This document shows positions 35,929-48,552 of a stretch of DNA of 64,000 nucleotides, in pieces (position 1 is the stretch's first letter; each line of letters opens with the position of its first letter). This DNA is from Candidatus Eiseniibacteriota bacterium. Its GTDB lineage: Bacteria > Eisenbacteria > RBG-16-71-46 > SZUA-252. The stretch is from the NCBI GenBank assembly GCA_963703225.1, contig OY969801.1, positions 1,728,001 through 1,792,000 on the forward strand, in the 5' to 3' direction. The notes below the pieces were generated by a model, which was not told the origin of the DNA, did not search any database, and saw only the letters and a program-made list of their open reading frames with translations. The position numbers and the translations under genes were made by a program.

Positions 35929-37160
35929 TCAGTACTCGCGCCAGCGCATCGCGACGTTCTGGATCAGGCCGACCTGCAGGAAGCTCGTCAGGAGCGACGT
36001 GCCGCCGTAGCTCAGGAGTGGAAGCGGCAGACCCGTGACCGGTGCCAACCCGACGGTCATGCAAATGTTGACGACGACATGGTACAGAAAGATCGAGGTC
36101 ATGCCAATGGCGAGCAGGCTCCCGAATCGGTTTCGGGAGTGCTGCGCCACACGTGCACCCCGCGAAGAATCAGTGTCATGTAGAGAACGGTCACGAACGC
36201 CGCGCCCAGGAATCCGGTTTCCTCCCCCACCACCGAGAAGATGAAGTCCGTGTGCTGCTCGGGCAAGAACTCGAGCCCCTTCTGCGTGCCGTGGAGAAAT
36301 CCCTTCCCGGCGACCCGGCCCGACCCGATCGCGATCTTCGATTGGATGATCTGGTAGCCCGCGCCATACGAATCGGCGCTCGGGTCGACGAACGTCGTGA
36401 TTCGCTGACGCTGATACGGCTCCAGATGATTCCAGACCTGAGGGGTGGCGATTCCCACGACCAGGTTCACGGCGACCACGAGGAGGAGCGGCACCAAACG
36501 CAGCCTCGAGCGATAGAGCACGAACGCGAGGATCGCGGCGAAAATCACCCAGGCTGGGAAATAGAAGGAGGCCGCGACGTTGATGATAGGGGTCAGAATC
36601 AGAAAGAGGAACAGCGGAGAGAGGCCCGCCCAGTAGAGCATCGTGATCAGGATCGTGATGAAGCAGACCGACGTGCCCAGGTCGGGCTGTTTGAGAACAA
36701 GGAGGAACGGCACCCCCGCGATCAAGATGAGCTGGAGGAGCGTCCGCACCTGGGTCAGATCGACCCGCCGCTGCGAGAGCATGCTCGCCAGCGCCATCAC
36801 CGTGACCACCTTCGCGAACTCGGAGGGCTGAAACTTGAACGGTCCCCAACCCAGCCACCGCTGCGCGCCCAGCCCCACGTGGCCGACGAAGAGCGTGAGC
36901 AGGAGCGCCCCGATGCCCACCGCGTACAGGAGCCAGGCCGTCTTCCCCTCGTAGATCCGATACGGGACTGCAGCCGCCAGCGCTCCGCCGGCGAGCGCAA
37001 TCACCAGCCAGAGAAGCTGCTTCAGGTAGAGCCCATGCTCGGTGGTCGACGCCGGCATCGCGGTCGCGCTGAAGACGAACGCGATTCCGATGAGGGCAAG
37101 GAGCACGGTCGACAAGAGAAGCGGTCGGTCAATGTCCGCGGACACCCGTGGCGTCAGCAT
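35929..37160 (-). CDS. rodA: Rod shape-determining protein RodA; frameshift near 36150
   Basis: GAQRW, FQPSEFAK, QPDLGT, GYQIIQS.IAIGSG, LPEQHTDFIF; C-terminus (PVTGLPLPLLSYGGTS) in another frame. Confidence 0.93.
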
Positions 37161-37161
37161 G

Positions 37162-39010
37162 TCAGCGTCCCGCCACCGCGGCGGCGCTCTCGGCCGGCGC
37201 CGGGTGGAAATAGGCCTGCATCACTCGTTGCGCGAGCGGCGCGGCCGCGCTGCCGCCGTGCCCCGCGTTCTCCGCCAGCACGGCGACGACGATCTCCGGC
37301 TTCGCCGCCGGAGCGAAGCAGATGAAGAGCGCGTGGTCCTCGCCATGCGGATTTTGGGCGGTCCCGGTCTTCCCGGCTACCGTGACCGAATCAACCCGCG
37401 CTGCCCCTCCGGTCCCCCCCTGATCGTAGATCGCGGCGACCATCGCGCTGCGAACCGCCGCGAGGTCGTCCTTGGAAAGATTCAAGTCGCGTCGGAGCGA
37501 GTCCTCCGGCGGGACCGCGCGTGGGATTGGAACGCCGTCGCGCGCGATTCCTCGAAGAAGATGCGGCCGGACCATCACGCCGTTGTTCGCGATCGCCGAC
37601 GTGATCTGCGCCAACTTGATCGGCGTGAGGGATGCCTCCCCTTGTCCGATGGCGAGGTTCAGGACCAGCCCCTTGCTCCAGCGGCCCGCGCCGAACTTGC
37701 GGTCGTACCAGGCCGGGATCCGGGAACAGTCCACGCCGTTCCTGCGGCAAATCGATCCCGGTCCGCTCCGAGAGGGCAAGCCGCTTCATGAACTCGGAGA
37801 TCCGGTCCAATCCGGTCCGGAGGCCGAGCTGGTAGAAGTAGACGTCGCAGGAGCGCGCGATGGCCTCGCGGAGCGCCAGCCAGCCGTGGCCGTTCTTGTC
37901 CCAGCAGCCGAACTTGCGGCTTCCGAACTGGTAGAACCCGAAGCAGGGCTCTCGAAACGTGGTCGCGCCCGAGATCGCGTGCACCGTGAGACCGGCCAGG
38001 GCCATAAACGGCTTGAGCGTGGAGCCCGGCGGATAGGCGGCCTGGATCGCGCGATTGAAGAGCGGGTAGTTCCCCCCCTGGCTCAGCTCGTCCCACCGCG
38101 CCTGGGTGATCCCGGTCGAGAATTCATTGGGATCGTAGTTCGGCTTGCTCGCCAGCGCGAGCACCTCGCCGGTCCTCGGATCCATAACCACGATCGCGCC
38201 CCGCGCCCCAGGCCGAAACGCCTCCTCGGCGGCGCGCTGCAGGTCGAGATCGATGCTGAGCGTGACGTCGGCGCCGCGCTTGGGGACGATCGGGCGCTTG
38301 TCGCCCAGGAGCTCCGCCTTCCGGCCGAGCGCGTTCACCTCCACAAAGCGCTTCCCGTCGACCCCGCGCAAGTACGGCTCGTACTGACGCTCGATCCCCA
38401 TCCGGCCGATCAGGTCGCCGCGGGTATACGTGGCGGAGAATTTCGGGTCCTCCAGCTCCTTGTCCGAGATCTCGCCGACGTAACCGAGGAGATGAGACGC
38501 GAAGAGCCCGTACGGGTAGCGCCGCAGCGGCTCCGCTTCCACCTCCACCCCCGGGAGCTCGTCGCGGTGCTCCGACACGTAGGCGACGGACTTGAGATCG
38601 GCGTTTCGCTTGAGACGTATGACCAAGAACGACTGCTTCTTCTCCTTCTTCACCTTGGCGATCAGCGTCCCCGCGTCGAGCCCGAGGATGCCGCCGAGCC
38701 GCGCGACGGTCGAGTCGAGTCCAGCGGGGTTTCCCACGTAGGCCTTGTCGTACGGGTCGATCGTGACCGTGAATGAAGGGACGTTGTCGGTCAAAAGCCG
38801 TCCCTTCCGGTCTCGGATCTCCCCGCGTGGCGCGGTCAGGACTTCCACGCGGATCCGGTTCTCCTCCGAGAGCTCGCGGTAGCGGTTCCCCGCCAATACT
38901 TGGAGCGAGAAGAGCCGCAACAGGACCATTCCGAACGCGGTCATCACCACGACGCGGAAGACGCGCTCGCGCCGTTTGCCGTGGGCGAGCGACTCGGGGT
39001 CGTGAACCAC
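37162..39010 (-). CDS. mrdA: Penicillin-binding protein 2; +1 insertion near 37716
   Basis: APRG.I.DR, LRRYP, PPGSTLK (SxxK), SCDVYFY; AIGQG and AGKTGTAQ in the second frame. Confidence 0.93.
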
Positions 39011-39013
39011 GCC

Positions 39014-39508
39014 CTACGCCTCGTCCGCGAGCAGGAGCTTCTTCGTGACCCGCTCGACCAGGAACAGAAGCAGGAGCACGATCAAGCTGGTGTAGAGCGC
39101 CGTGGGGAGCGCGACCCGGAGCATCTGGAACAGAAACTTCCCCAGGTCCCCGGAGGTGGAGACCCCGAAGTAGACGACGTCGTGGACCAGCATGGCGAGG
39201 AAGAAGAAGGCAAAGCGCACGCCGAGGTTGGAGCGGTGGACCCGGAATCCAGCCTTGGCGACCAGGAATCCGACCAGGGACTTGCAGAGCGCGTTCAAGC
39301 CCAGGGGGCCCGGCGCATCCAAATCTTGGAGCAGCCCGACGATGAACCCCGCGGTCGTTCCCGCGATCGGGCCCCGCATCCATCCCAGGTAAACCACGTA
39401 CGCCACCAGAAGATCCGGCCGGATGCCGGCGATCTCCATCCGGAAGAGTAGGGTCGCCTGCAAGATCAGCACGACGGCGAGAACGGTGGCGTCTCGAATG
39501 CTCCTCAT
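39014..39508 (-). CDS. mreD: Rod shape-determining protein MreD
   Basis: RPDLL, GF.VGLLQD, G.NAL; hydrophobic; between mreC and mrdA. Confidence 0.9.
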   Translation of the reverse strand: MRSIRDATVLAVVLILQATLLFRMEIAGIRPDLLVAYVVYLGWMRGPIAGTTAGFIVGLLQDLDAPGPLGLNALCKSLVGFLVAKAGFRVHRSNLGVRFAFFFLAMLVHDVVYFGVSTSGDLGKFLFQMLRVALPTALYTSLIVLLLLFLVERVTKKLLLADEA

Positions 39509-40383
39509 GGTTCGACCGCGCTCGAGGAGTCCGTGGCGGCCGAGTCGGCCGGCGCCTCGGGCTCTAGGAAGAGCGACGCCGGGGAAGATCCGCGAAGCGA
39601 CGACGGGATATAGACGAGGATTTCCTCCAGCGAGCGAAAGTCGACCGCGGGGCGAACCGAGATCTCCTTCATCAATCCGTTCGCCTCGAGACCGACCCGC
39701 GAGACGGTCCCGATCCGGATTCCGGCCGGGAATATCCCGCCCAGCCCCGAGGTCACGATCAAATCGCCCACCAAGACGTCCTCCTGCGACGAGACGTAGC
39801 GGAGATTCAGGGCGGGCTGGGTTCCAAATTCCCACTGCAGCACGCCGTCGACGCGGCTGCGATCGACGCGCGCCGCGACGGCGCAGTCGTGGTGGAGGAG
39901 GGTCAGGATCCGCGCCTGGTGGATCGTGGCGCGCTCGACGCGCCCCACGAGGCCGTCCGGTGTCAGGATCGCGCGCCCCGGCTCGATTCCCTCCGCGAGC
40001 CCCTTGTCGATCGTCAGGCTCCCGCCCAATCGGTCGAGGCTCCGTCCGATGACGTTGGCAGCGACGAGGCTGTAGGGGTGGCGCTCCTCCATCTTGAGCA
40101 GCTCCCGCAAGCGGACGTTCTCCTGCCGCTCGCCGCTCAGCGCGTCGGTCTCGATCTGGAGCCGCGCGAGCCGCTGCCTAAGCCGCTGGTTGTCCCAGTA
40201 GACCCCTACCGAGTGGTCCACCCACCCCACCGTCGCCTCGAAGGGCCCGAGCAGGGTGTGCTGGATGAACCACGCCACGCGCGCCTGCTCGTGGCGCTCG
40301 AGAAGCATCATGGAGAGGGAGAGGAGGCAGGCGGCGACGAGGACAGTCCAATCGGTGCGGCGGGAAAGCAGATTTCGGAGCAT
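39505..40383 (-). CDS. mreC: Rod shape-determining protein MreC
   Basis: TM plus coiled coil EN.RLRELL, IDKG, GLVGRV, VTSGLGGIFP.G. Confidence 0.94.
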   Translation of the reverse strand: MLRNLLSRRTDWTVLVAACLLSLSMMLLERHEQARVAWFIQHTLLGPFEATVGWVDHSVGVYWDNQRLRQRLARLQIETDALSGERQENVRLRELLKMEERHPYSLVAANVIGRSLDRLGGSLTIDKGLAEGIEPGRAILTPDGLVGRVERATIHQARILTLLHHDCAVAARVDRSRVDGVLQWEFGTQPALNLRYVSSQEDVLVGDLIVTSGLGGIFPAGIRIGTVSRVGLEANGLMKEISVRPAVDFRSLEEILVYIPSSLRGSSPASLFLEPEAPADSAATDSSSAVEP

Positions 40384-40402
40384 GAGGGCTCACGCCCAAG
40401 GC

Positions 40403-41440
40403 TCAGTCGCGGACGACCGACATGAGCACCTTTTCGTATTGGGTGGGATCATCCAGGATCTTGCCCGTGCCGAGCACGACGCACGAAAGCGGATCCTCGG
40501 CCACGGTGATCGGCAGGTTCGTCGCCTCTCTCAGCAACATGTCGATGCCTCGGAGGAGCGACCCGCCGCCGGTCATGACGATGCCGCGGTCCACGATGTC
40601 GGAGGCCAGCTCGGGTGGGGTCTTCTCCAGGGACTGCATCAGGGCATCCACGATCTGCTGCAGCGGCTCGCTCAGGGCCTCGCGCACTTCGACCGAGGAA
40701 ATCTTCATGGTCTTGGGAATCCCCGCGACGAGGTCCCGACCCTTGATCTCCATCTCCTCCTCTTGCTCCAGCCGGAACGCCGAGCCGATCTTGATCTTGA
40801 TCTGCTCGGCGGTCTGCTCGCCGATGAGAAGGTTGTAGGCCTTCTTCACGTACTGGACGATCGCCTCGTCCATCTCGTCGCCGCCGACCCGGATCGACTG
40901 CTGATTGACGATGGAGTTGAGGGCCATCACGGCGATTTCGGTCGTCCCGCCGCCGATGTCGATGATCATGTTCCCGGACGGCTTCCCCACCGGAAGGCCG
41001 ACGCCGATGGCGGCCGCGATCGGCTCCGGCACCAGGAGCACCTCGCGCGCGCCGGCGTGCTGCGCCGAGTCCTGGACGGCCCTCTTCTCCACCTCGGTGA
41101 TCCCGGAGGGAACGCAGATGATGATCCGCGGACGCACCCACGTGCGGCGGCGGAGCGCCTTCTGGATGAATTCGCGGAGGAGGTCTTCGGTCTTCTCGAA
41201 GTCGGCGATGACGCCGTCCTTGAGCGGACGCACGGCGACGATTTCGTCGGGCGTGCGGCCGAGCATGCTCTTGGCCTCTTTCCCGACCGCGATGACCTTG
41301 TTGGTGGTCCGATCGACCGCGACGACCGAGGGCTCGTTGAGGACGATGCCCTTCCCTCGGAGATAGACCAGCGTGTTGGCCGTCCCAAGGTCGATCGCGA
41401 CGTCGTTCGAAAAGACGCCCATCAACTGGTCGAGAAACAT
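40403..41440 (-). CDS. mreB: Actin-like MreB
   Basis: [37 protein letters not shown]. Confidence 0.97.
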   Translation of the reverse strand: MFLDQLMGVFSNDVAIDLGTANTLVYLRGKGIVLNEPSVVAVDRTTNKVIAVGKEAKSMLGRTPDEIVAVRPLKDGVIADFEKTEDLLREFIQKALRRRTWVRPRIIICVPSGITEVEKRAVQDSAQHAGAREVLLVPEPIAAAIGVGLPVGKPSGNMIIDIGGGTTEIAVMALNSIVNQQSIRVGGDEMDEAIVQYVKKAYNLLIGEQTAEQIKIKIGSAFRLEQEEEMEIKGRDLVAGIPKTMKISSVEVREALSEPLQQIVDALMQSLEKTPPELASDIVDRGIVMTGGGSLLRGIDMLLREATNLPITVAEDPLSCVVLGTGKILDDPTQYEKVLMSVVRD

Positions 41441-41532
41441 CCGTGCCTCCCGAAATCCGTGGGTGGACATGGCGGGCCACTCCTGACCCTGCCCCGGGCG
41501 GGACAGAGCGTTCATTGGTTTGAAGCCATCGG

Positions 41533-41562
41533 ACCGTAGCAAAGCGAACTCCCGAGGCGCAA
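41533..41562 (-). promoter_or_regulatory. Candidate sigma70 promoter of the mre operon
   Basis: TTGCGC-18 nt-TACGGT with TG extension. Confidence 0.4.
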
Positions 41563-41586
41563 GGTGTTTCTCCTCGGGAAGCGCCG

Positions 41587-41615
41587 TTGACACGCCGAGA
41601 TACGGGTAGTAGCGT
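41587..41615 (+). promoter_or_regulatory. Sigma70-type promoter for the gene at 41659
   Basis: TTGACA-17 nt-TAGCGT; GGGAGG RBS at 41645. Confidence 0.6.
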
Positions 41616-41658
41616 CGCTCCTGAACTTCCCTCAACCTGAACATGGGAGGTATCGGCC

Positions 41659-42201
41659 ATGATTCGTCCGAACTTGAGGTTGCTCGGCCTCATCGCCTGG
41701 ATCCTCCTCGTTCCCCGCGTCTCCTGGGGCGCTCCACCCAATGCCACTCCCGGAAATGAGACGGATATTGGCTCTCCCACAGTCGATCCGGATCCGAAGG
41801 TCGAGGATTTCCAGTCCCTGGGCGTGAGTCGGCGTATGACCCTCTTCTCGGGGACCGTGCTCGACGTGAATGACCACCCGGTGCCGGGGGTCCGCGTGAA
41901 GCTCTTCATGGATGGACAGCTCGTGGGGGCGGCCGTGACGGAGGGAAACGGCTACTACGATCTGCGGGCGCTCTACGACCCCGCCGCCGACGCCACCGTC
42001 CTTCTCTGGTTCGTCGCGCCCGACCAATCCCTCATGGCCAAGGAACTCGTGCTGCGGGAGAGTCGGGCGAGCCGGGATCAATCGATCATTTCGAGCTGCG
42101 TCCCGCGCGCGACGGTGACGCCGGGGCGCCAGTTCCGGGTCTATCTCTTCGATACGCAGAGCAGGAACAAGGAGCTGGCCGAGCTGAACTGCCTGCCCTA
42201 G
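41659..42201 (+). CDS. Hypothetical exported protein, carboxypeptidase-regulatory-like beta-sandwich
   Basis: Signal peptide; SGTVLD...PVPGVRV...T.GNGYY; RBS and promoter present. Confidence 0.75.
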   Translation: MIRPNLRLLGLIAWILLVPRVSWGAPPNATPGNETDIGSPTVDPDPKVEDFQSLGVSRRMTLFSGTVLDVNDHPVPGVRVKLFMDGQLVGAAVTEGNGYYDLRALYDPAADATVLLWFVAPDQSLMAKELVLRESRASRDQSIISSCVPRATVTPGRQFRVYLFDTQSRNKELAELNCLP

Positions 42202-42212
42202 CCGGGACGGGG

Positions 42213-43445
42213 TCAGGCCACCGTTTCTTCTTGGGGGGCCTGGGCTTCGGTCACCCCGGCACGCTCGCGCACGACCCTCTCGATGTCCGGAGGAAGCGGG
42301 CGTCTCAGCAGCTCGTCGTAGAGGTACCTGGCACGGGCGCCGTTCTTGAGCGCGACGAGCTCGATCTCGGCGCTCTTGAGGAGGGCCGCGGTCGCGCCCT
42401 CGCGCTCGGGGTAGCTTCGTCCAAAGGCCTCGTACGCGCGGCTGGCGTCCCCGGGCCGACCCAGGACCTCGCACGCGCGGGCCATGCGCAAGAGGTCCCC
42501 CGGCGGAAGGCTCACCGCCCCCAGCAGCCGCTTCATCTCCTCAAATGTGTCGCACGCCTCCCGGAACCGTCGCTGCTGAAGCCAGATGTGGATCGCGCGC
42601 TGGAAGTGGTCGACGGCAAGCTCGTCATGGTGCGTGACCCGCTCGACGCGGGCCGTCTCGGCGAGAACTTCGGGATCGTCGGGGGCCGCCGCGAGGTAAG
42701 CGTCGTACTCGCACAGCGCCTCAAACCACTCCCCATTGGCCGCAAAGCGCCTCGCTGCGGCCGGATGGCTCTCCAGCTTGCCCTCCGGGATCAAACCCAT
42801 GCTCCATCCGAAGAGCATCCCGATCAGAAGCCCGCCCAGGTGGCCGGCCAGGGACGCTTCCGGGACCGAATCCCCGAGGCTTGCCCAGACTTGGACCAGG
42901 AACCAGACGCAGATCGCGACGATGGCTGGCAACGTGCGACGGTCGGCCCGGAAAACTCCTCGTGAAAGGAGCATCCTCATCGACGCGAATCGAAGCCTCG
43001 CGAAGGAGGCACGCACCAGGAAGAGCCCCATCAGCCCGGAGATCGCGCCGGCTGCCCCGATGATCGGCAGCGTACCCATATCGGGCGCCGCCAGGGCGAT
43101 CCAGGCGGCCCTCGCAAGATTGGCGAGCCATCCGCAGGCGATGAACCCAATCAGGTATCGGGTGGGACCCAGCCTCGTTTCAAGGGGTGGGCCGAAGCAG
43201 GCCAAGAAGGCCATGTTTACCAGGAGTTGGATGGGGCTCGCGTGGAGGAAGATCGACGCGATCGCGGTCGGGACCGTGGGCTGGCCGGCCTTGAACGCCA
43301 GGCGGTACGCCGTCGCCTCGGCGCCAGGGAGCGAGTGGAGCGCGGCGAAGACCGCCACATTGGCGATGACGATCAGCCAGGTGATCCAGGGTGTCCCCCG
43401 GACCTTGGCGTCGGTCCCGATAGGCAGCCAGTAGAAGTAGTACAT
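42213..43445 (-). CDS. Rhomboid-family membrane protein with C-terminal TPR-like region; catalytic Ser absent
   Basis: LPIG.D, P..TW.I..AN, S.FLHA...[18 protein letters not shown]. Confidence 0.85.
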   Translation of the reverse strand: MYYFYWLPIGTDAKVRGTPWITWLIVIANVAVFAALHSLPGAEATAYRLAFKAGQPTVPTAIASIFLHASPIQLLVNMAFLACFGPPLETRLGPTRYLIGFIACGWLANLARAAWIALAAPDMGTLPIIGAAGAISGLMGLFLVRASFARLRFASMRMLLSRGVFRADRRTLPAIVAICVWFLVQVWASLGDSVPEASLAGHLGGLLIGMLFGWSMGLIPEGKLESHPAAARRFAANGEWFEALCEYDAYLAAAPDDPEVLAETARVERVTHHDELAVDHFQRAIHIWLQQRRFREACDTFEEMKRLLGAVSLPPGDLLRMARACEVLGRPGDASRAYEAFGRSYPEREGATAALLKSAEIELVALKNGARARYLYDELLRRPLPPDIERVVRERAGVTEAQAPQEETVA

Positions 43446-43447
43446 GC

Positions 43448-43476
43448 TTGCGTGGTCCTCCCGCCTTCTCTACACT
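43448..43476 (+). promoter_or_regulatory. Sigma70-type promoter for glutamate dehydrogenase
   Basis: TTGCGT-17 nt-TACACT. Confidence 0.55.
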
Positions 43477-43548
43477 AGTCGGGGCCTAAAAGCGAAGCAT
43501 TTTCGTCACTTAGCGAGGAGTTGCGGCTCCTCTGGGGAAGGATTCTGC

Positions 43549-44844
<1,296 letters not shown>

Positions 44845-44882
44845 GATCGGCGGGCGGGCCGACCCAGTGCCCACCGGTCGTT

Positions 44883-45797
44883 CTAGGAGACGAGGCCCTG
44901 CTCGAAGAAGAGCCTCCCCCTGCCGGGGTCGAGGCGGGCCCGCGCCCCGAGCGGAAAGGGCTGGTTACGGCGAGCGTGGCCCGCAGGGATCCCCGCGAGG
45001 GCAGGCACGCCGAGCGGCCGGATGTGGTCCTCGAGAACCTGCCCCACCTTGAGCTCGGGCCGACGGGACCGGGGCCGGCAGCGGTAGAAATCCCCCAGCG
45101 CGATCCCGCGAACACCCCGTAGAGCGCCCGAGAGCCGCAGGTGGCAGAGCATGCCATCCAGTTTGTACGGAGGCTCGTTCACTTCTTCCAAGAACAGAAT
45201 CGAGCCGGCCAACGGGGGCATCATCCGCGTCCCTACGGAATAATCGAGCAGCTTTAGGTTTCCCCCCAGAACGATCCCGCGCACAGGTCCTCTCCCTCCC
45301 GCCAGGCGAATCGGCGCCGCGAGCGACCGCATGCGCTCCGGGGGAAGGGGTTGGGTCACCCAGGCGACCCAGCGCCGCAATCCGTCCAGCGGCAAGCCCT
45401 GCAAGTTTGGCCCGTGGAGCGTGCGCACGCCCGCGTTTCGAGCGAAGCCGAGGTGAAGATAGGTCGCGTCGGAAAAGCCGGCGAAGACTTTGGGGTCGCG
45501 CCGCATGGCTCCCCAGTCGACCGAGGCGGAGATCCGCATGGCCCCAAAGCCCCCGCGGGCCATCAGCACGCATCGGATGCTGGAATCGCGGAGCATCCGG
45601 TTCAGATCGTCCGCCCGCGCCGCGTCCGAGCCCGCGAGGTGACCCCTCCGATCGTAGAGATGGCGGGCCAGGACAACGCGAAACCCTTCCTTCTCGAGCG
45701 CCTTCGCCCCCGCCGCCACGAATCGGCGTTCGACCGGCCCCGAGGGAGCCACCACGCCGATCCGGTCGTTCGGACGGAGGCGCGGCGGAGCGATCAC
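44883..45797 (-). CDS. ldcA: LD-carboxypeptidase (peptidase S66)
   Basis: VAPSG, ARGGFG, GFSD (Ser), GGNL, FLEEV (Glu), AGH (His). Confidence 0.92.
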   Translation of the reverse strand: MIAPPRLRPNDRIGVVAPSGPVERRFVAAGAKALEKEGFRVVLARHLYDRRGHLAGSDAARADDLNRMLRDSSIRCVLMARGGFGAMRISASVDWGAMRRDPKVFAGFSDATYLHLGFARNAGVRTLHGPNLQGLPLDGLRRWVAWVTQPLPPERMRSLAAPIRLAGGRGPVRGIVLGGNLKLLDYSVGTRMMPPLAGSILFLEEVNEPPYKLDGMLCHLRLSGALRGVRGIALGDFYRCRPRSRRPELKVGQVLEDHIRPLGVPALAGIPAGHARRNQPFPLGARARLDPGRGRLFFEQGLVS

Positions 45798-47449
45798 CGC
45801 GGAATTCCGATCGGAGCGGAGGTGGTCGGGACGGGGGGCGCGCTCCGGGCCATGAGCGTGACCAGCTTCTCCTCTGCGTCCCGGGCGGAGGCCACGGAGT
45901 TTCGGTTTCCGTTGCTGACCATGGAGAAGGCGACCCGCGCGCCATCCGTTCGCGTGACAAATCCGGAGAGAGCGCTGACGTTTGTGAGCGTGCCGCTCTT
46001 GCCGCGCAGCGAGGCCTTGGCATCGAGTGTGCTGAAGCGGTTCTTCAGCGTCCCGAGCGCCCCGGGCCTCGCCAGCCCTTCCCGGAATGTGGCGCCGACC
46101 AGAGGGTCTCTGTCGAGCGAGGTGAGCCAGGCCACGATCGCGCGCGGCGTCACGAGATCCATCGGCGATAGGCCCGACCCGTCGACCAGCGAGAGGTCGA
46201 ACGTGTCGACGCCCGATTCCCCGACGATCCTCATGACCTCCGCCAAACCCCGCTCCCGCCTCTTCCCTGTGGGCGAAGGGTCGAGGAGCCGGAGCAGCGC
46301 CTCCGCTTCAGGATTCAGGCTCACGGCGTTCACGATACCCACCACCTCGCCCGCTGTCGGGGAGGCCAAGGAGGCGACCCGAACGGCGCGGTCGGAGCCG
46401 ACCGCCTTCCAGCCCGTCTCGGCGGGCGCCGATCCGGTGTCGGCGGCCGCGGCGAGGCCCTCGGCCTGGCGGCGGTCCGCTTCCGGGAGATCGGGGCTCG
46501 ACCGGAGGACCCGGGCCACCGCGGCCACCTCGATCCCCGCCCGGCGCATCGCGCCCAGAAGCATCAGCGCCGCCGTGGAGTCCGCGTCGGGAACCGCCAC
46601 CTGGCGTTTGATAAAGCCGCCCCGGGGCACCGTGCCCGTCACCTCGAGAAGGCGCGACCCCTGTGCGCGCGCGACGTCCAGGTGCGCCGCCGAGCCCGAA
46701 TCGACCAGCGAGGGCCTTCCGCGCACCACCAGCGGGACCTCGGGCGGGTCCAGCTTGAAGGTCACCCCGCGGCCCGTCGCCGTCGCGATGAGCGTGGCGG
46801 CGTTTCCGTTCGCCAATACCGCGTTGACCGGAGCGCCGTACGCGTAGGCGAAGTCATCGTGGGCCCAGCCGGGCCCGTACGACTCTGGCGCGAAGACCGA
46901 GCCATCCACCCAGAGGGTTCCCTCAAACTTGGTGAGGCCGCTCTCCCGGAGCAGATACGCGAGCGAGTCGAGCAGCCCCCGCGAGCCGGGGGCGAGCAGC
47001 TGGTAGACGTCCGGCATCCCGCTGGCGCGGAGCACCAGGTCCCCCTTCAGGCGAACCTCGGAGCCTCCCCGACGCATGGAAGCCTTTCCGCGCGCATCGA
47101 GGTGGGTCTCCCGGCGATAGTCGACTCCGTAGCGGCGGAGGAAGGAGCCGGTCGTGAAGAGCTTGGCGTTGCTCCCGGGGATCAGGCGGCGCGCCGGCTG
47201 GATCGATACGAGGGTGTCCCCGCGATCGAGCGTCGTGGCCAGGGCCGCGACTTCCGCCTGCTCCATGGCGCCCGCCCCCAGGAACTGCAGGGAATCGGAG
47301 AGAAGCCCCTGCAGGCATCCAGGAAAGCAAGGGGAGGCCTGGGCCCGGCCCACCGGCGAGGCGATGAGCATCGACGCCGCCACAAAGAGTTCGGGGCGGA
47401 TCCAGAAGGATCCACCCCGAGCGGATCGTCTCGGGAGCCTGACGGTCAA
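45794..47449 (-). CDS. dacB: D-Ala-D-Ala carboxypeptidase/endopeptidase PBP4 (peptidase S13)
   Basis: GSNAKLFT (SxxK), SLN, DGSGLS, KSGTL, ALSG; TTG 47449 overlaps upstream TGA. Confidence 0.92.
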   Translation of the reverse strand: MTVRLPRRSARGGSFWIRPELFVAASMLIASPVGRAQASPCFPGCLQGLLSDSLQFLGAGAMEQAEVAALATTLDRGDTLVSIQPARRLIPGSNAKLFTTGSFLRRYGVDYRRETHLDARGKASMRRGGSEVRLKGDLVLRASGMPDVYQLLAPGSRGLLDSLAYLLRESGLTKFEGTLWVDGSVFAPESYGPGWAHDDFAYAYGAPVNAVLANGNAATLIATATGRGVTFKLDPPEVPLVVRGRPSLVDSGSAAHLDVARAQGSRLLEVTGTVPRGGFIKRQVAVPDADSTAALMLLGAMRRAGIEVAAVARVLRSSPDLPEADRRQAEGLAAAADTGSAPAETGWKAVGSDRAVRVASLASPTAGEVVGIVNAVSLNPEAEALLRLLDPSPTGKRRERGLAEVMRIVGESGVDTFDLSLVDGSGLSPMDLVTPRAIVAWLTSLDRDPLVGATFREGLARPGALGTLKNRFSTLDAKASLRGKSGTLTNVSALSGFVTRTDGARVAFSMVSNGNRNSVASARDAEEKLVTLMARSAPPVPTTSAPIGIPR

Positions 47450-48489
47450 AACGCGACGCGAAGGGAGAACTGCTGGTTGTCGTTGAAGAACTCGCCCACC
47501 TGAGTCCCCGCCCAATCAAACGAGACTGGAACGTCTCCAAGGTTGAAGTTGAATCCCGCCCCGTACGAGAAATTGTACAGGTAATCCTGTTGGCGGTCCT
47601 CTTCCTTAATAGGCATCTGCCCCTGGAATCCCGCACGAAGCGCCAGCGCGCGTCCGATTCTACACTCGGCCCCGAGCCGGTATTCATCGGTCGAGAAGTT
47701 GTTCGCCTGAAACGTCCCGAAGAGGGTCGCCTCGGTCTTCTCGGAGAAGGACAGGTCGTAAGCGGCACCCATCGAGAGGTACGAGGGCAGCTCGAACGAC
47801 GTCGCCTGCAGCGAGACGACATGCGGCTGGGCCGTGGGATCGTCCGTCGGCAGGACCAGGCGCTGCTCGAAATTCCCGCCGCTGAACTCCATGGTCGGAC
47901 CGATGTTCTTCATCGCAAAGCCGAACCGAAGCCCACGCCACCCGGTGTCATACTGCACTCCCAGGTCGAGCGCAAAGCCCTTGGCGGTGACGTCGGAGAC
48001 GCGCTCGTTGATGAGCACTCCGGTCGCTCCAAAGAGGACCCGATCGGTCATCCGCCGACCGTAGGAAAGGCCAACCACGGCGAAGTTCGGACTCAGAATT
48101 TCGCCCGTCCCCTCGGGCGCGTCCTCGGTCGTGACCGTGATGTCGCCGATGTTCAATACCTTGACCGACAGCGCGAACATCCCGGCGGAGCCAGCCGGGA
48201 GCGAAACGGCGCCATAGTTCACTTTGGAATCCGCCAGGTACGATGTGTACGAAACCATCGCCTCCTTTTGGTCGGTGCTCGCCAGCGAAGCGGGGTTCCA
48301 ATAGAGGTTCTCGAGACCCCCTCCCAGGGCCACCGACGAGCCACCGAGCGCGACCGAGGCGGCACCCACCGGAATCCTCAGCTCTTGCGCGCCGGCGGTC
48401 CCGATTCGTTCCAGCCCGCCCGCCCACGCCGGAACCGCAACGGTCAGTAGCAGGACCGGTAGAGCTAGGATCAGCACAAAGGCCCTCAT
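47446..48489 (-). CDS. PorV/PorQ-like (FadL-fold) outer-membrane beta-barrel
   Basis: GTAGAQEL.IPVGA...ALGG......LYWNPA, DLG.QY, KNIG, C-terminal F; GGAGG RBS. Confidence 0.85.
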   Translation of the reverse strand: MRAFVLILALPVLLLTVAVPAWAGGLERIGTAGAQELRIPVGAASVALGGSSVALGGGLENLYWNPASLASTDQKEAMVSYTSYLADSKVNYGAVSLPAGSAGMFALSVKVLNIGDITVTTEDAPEGTGEILSPNFAVVGLSYGRRMTDRVLFGATGVLINERVSDVTAKGFALDLGVQYDTGWRGLRFGFAMKNIGPTMEFSGGNFEQRLVLPTDDPTAQPHVVSLQATSFELPSYLSMGAAYDLSFSEKTEATLFGTFQANNFSTDEYRLGAECRIGRALALRAGFQGQMPIKEEDRQQDYLYNFSYGAGFNFNLGDVPVSFDWAGTQVGEFFNDNQQFSLRVAF

Positions 48490-48552
48490 GCCTGTTTCCT
48501 CCATCTCCATCGAGGAGTTTTTCCCGGTCATGACGTGGCAGTCGTCCATGGT

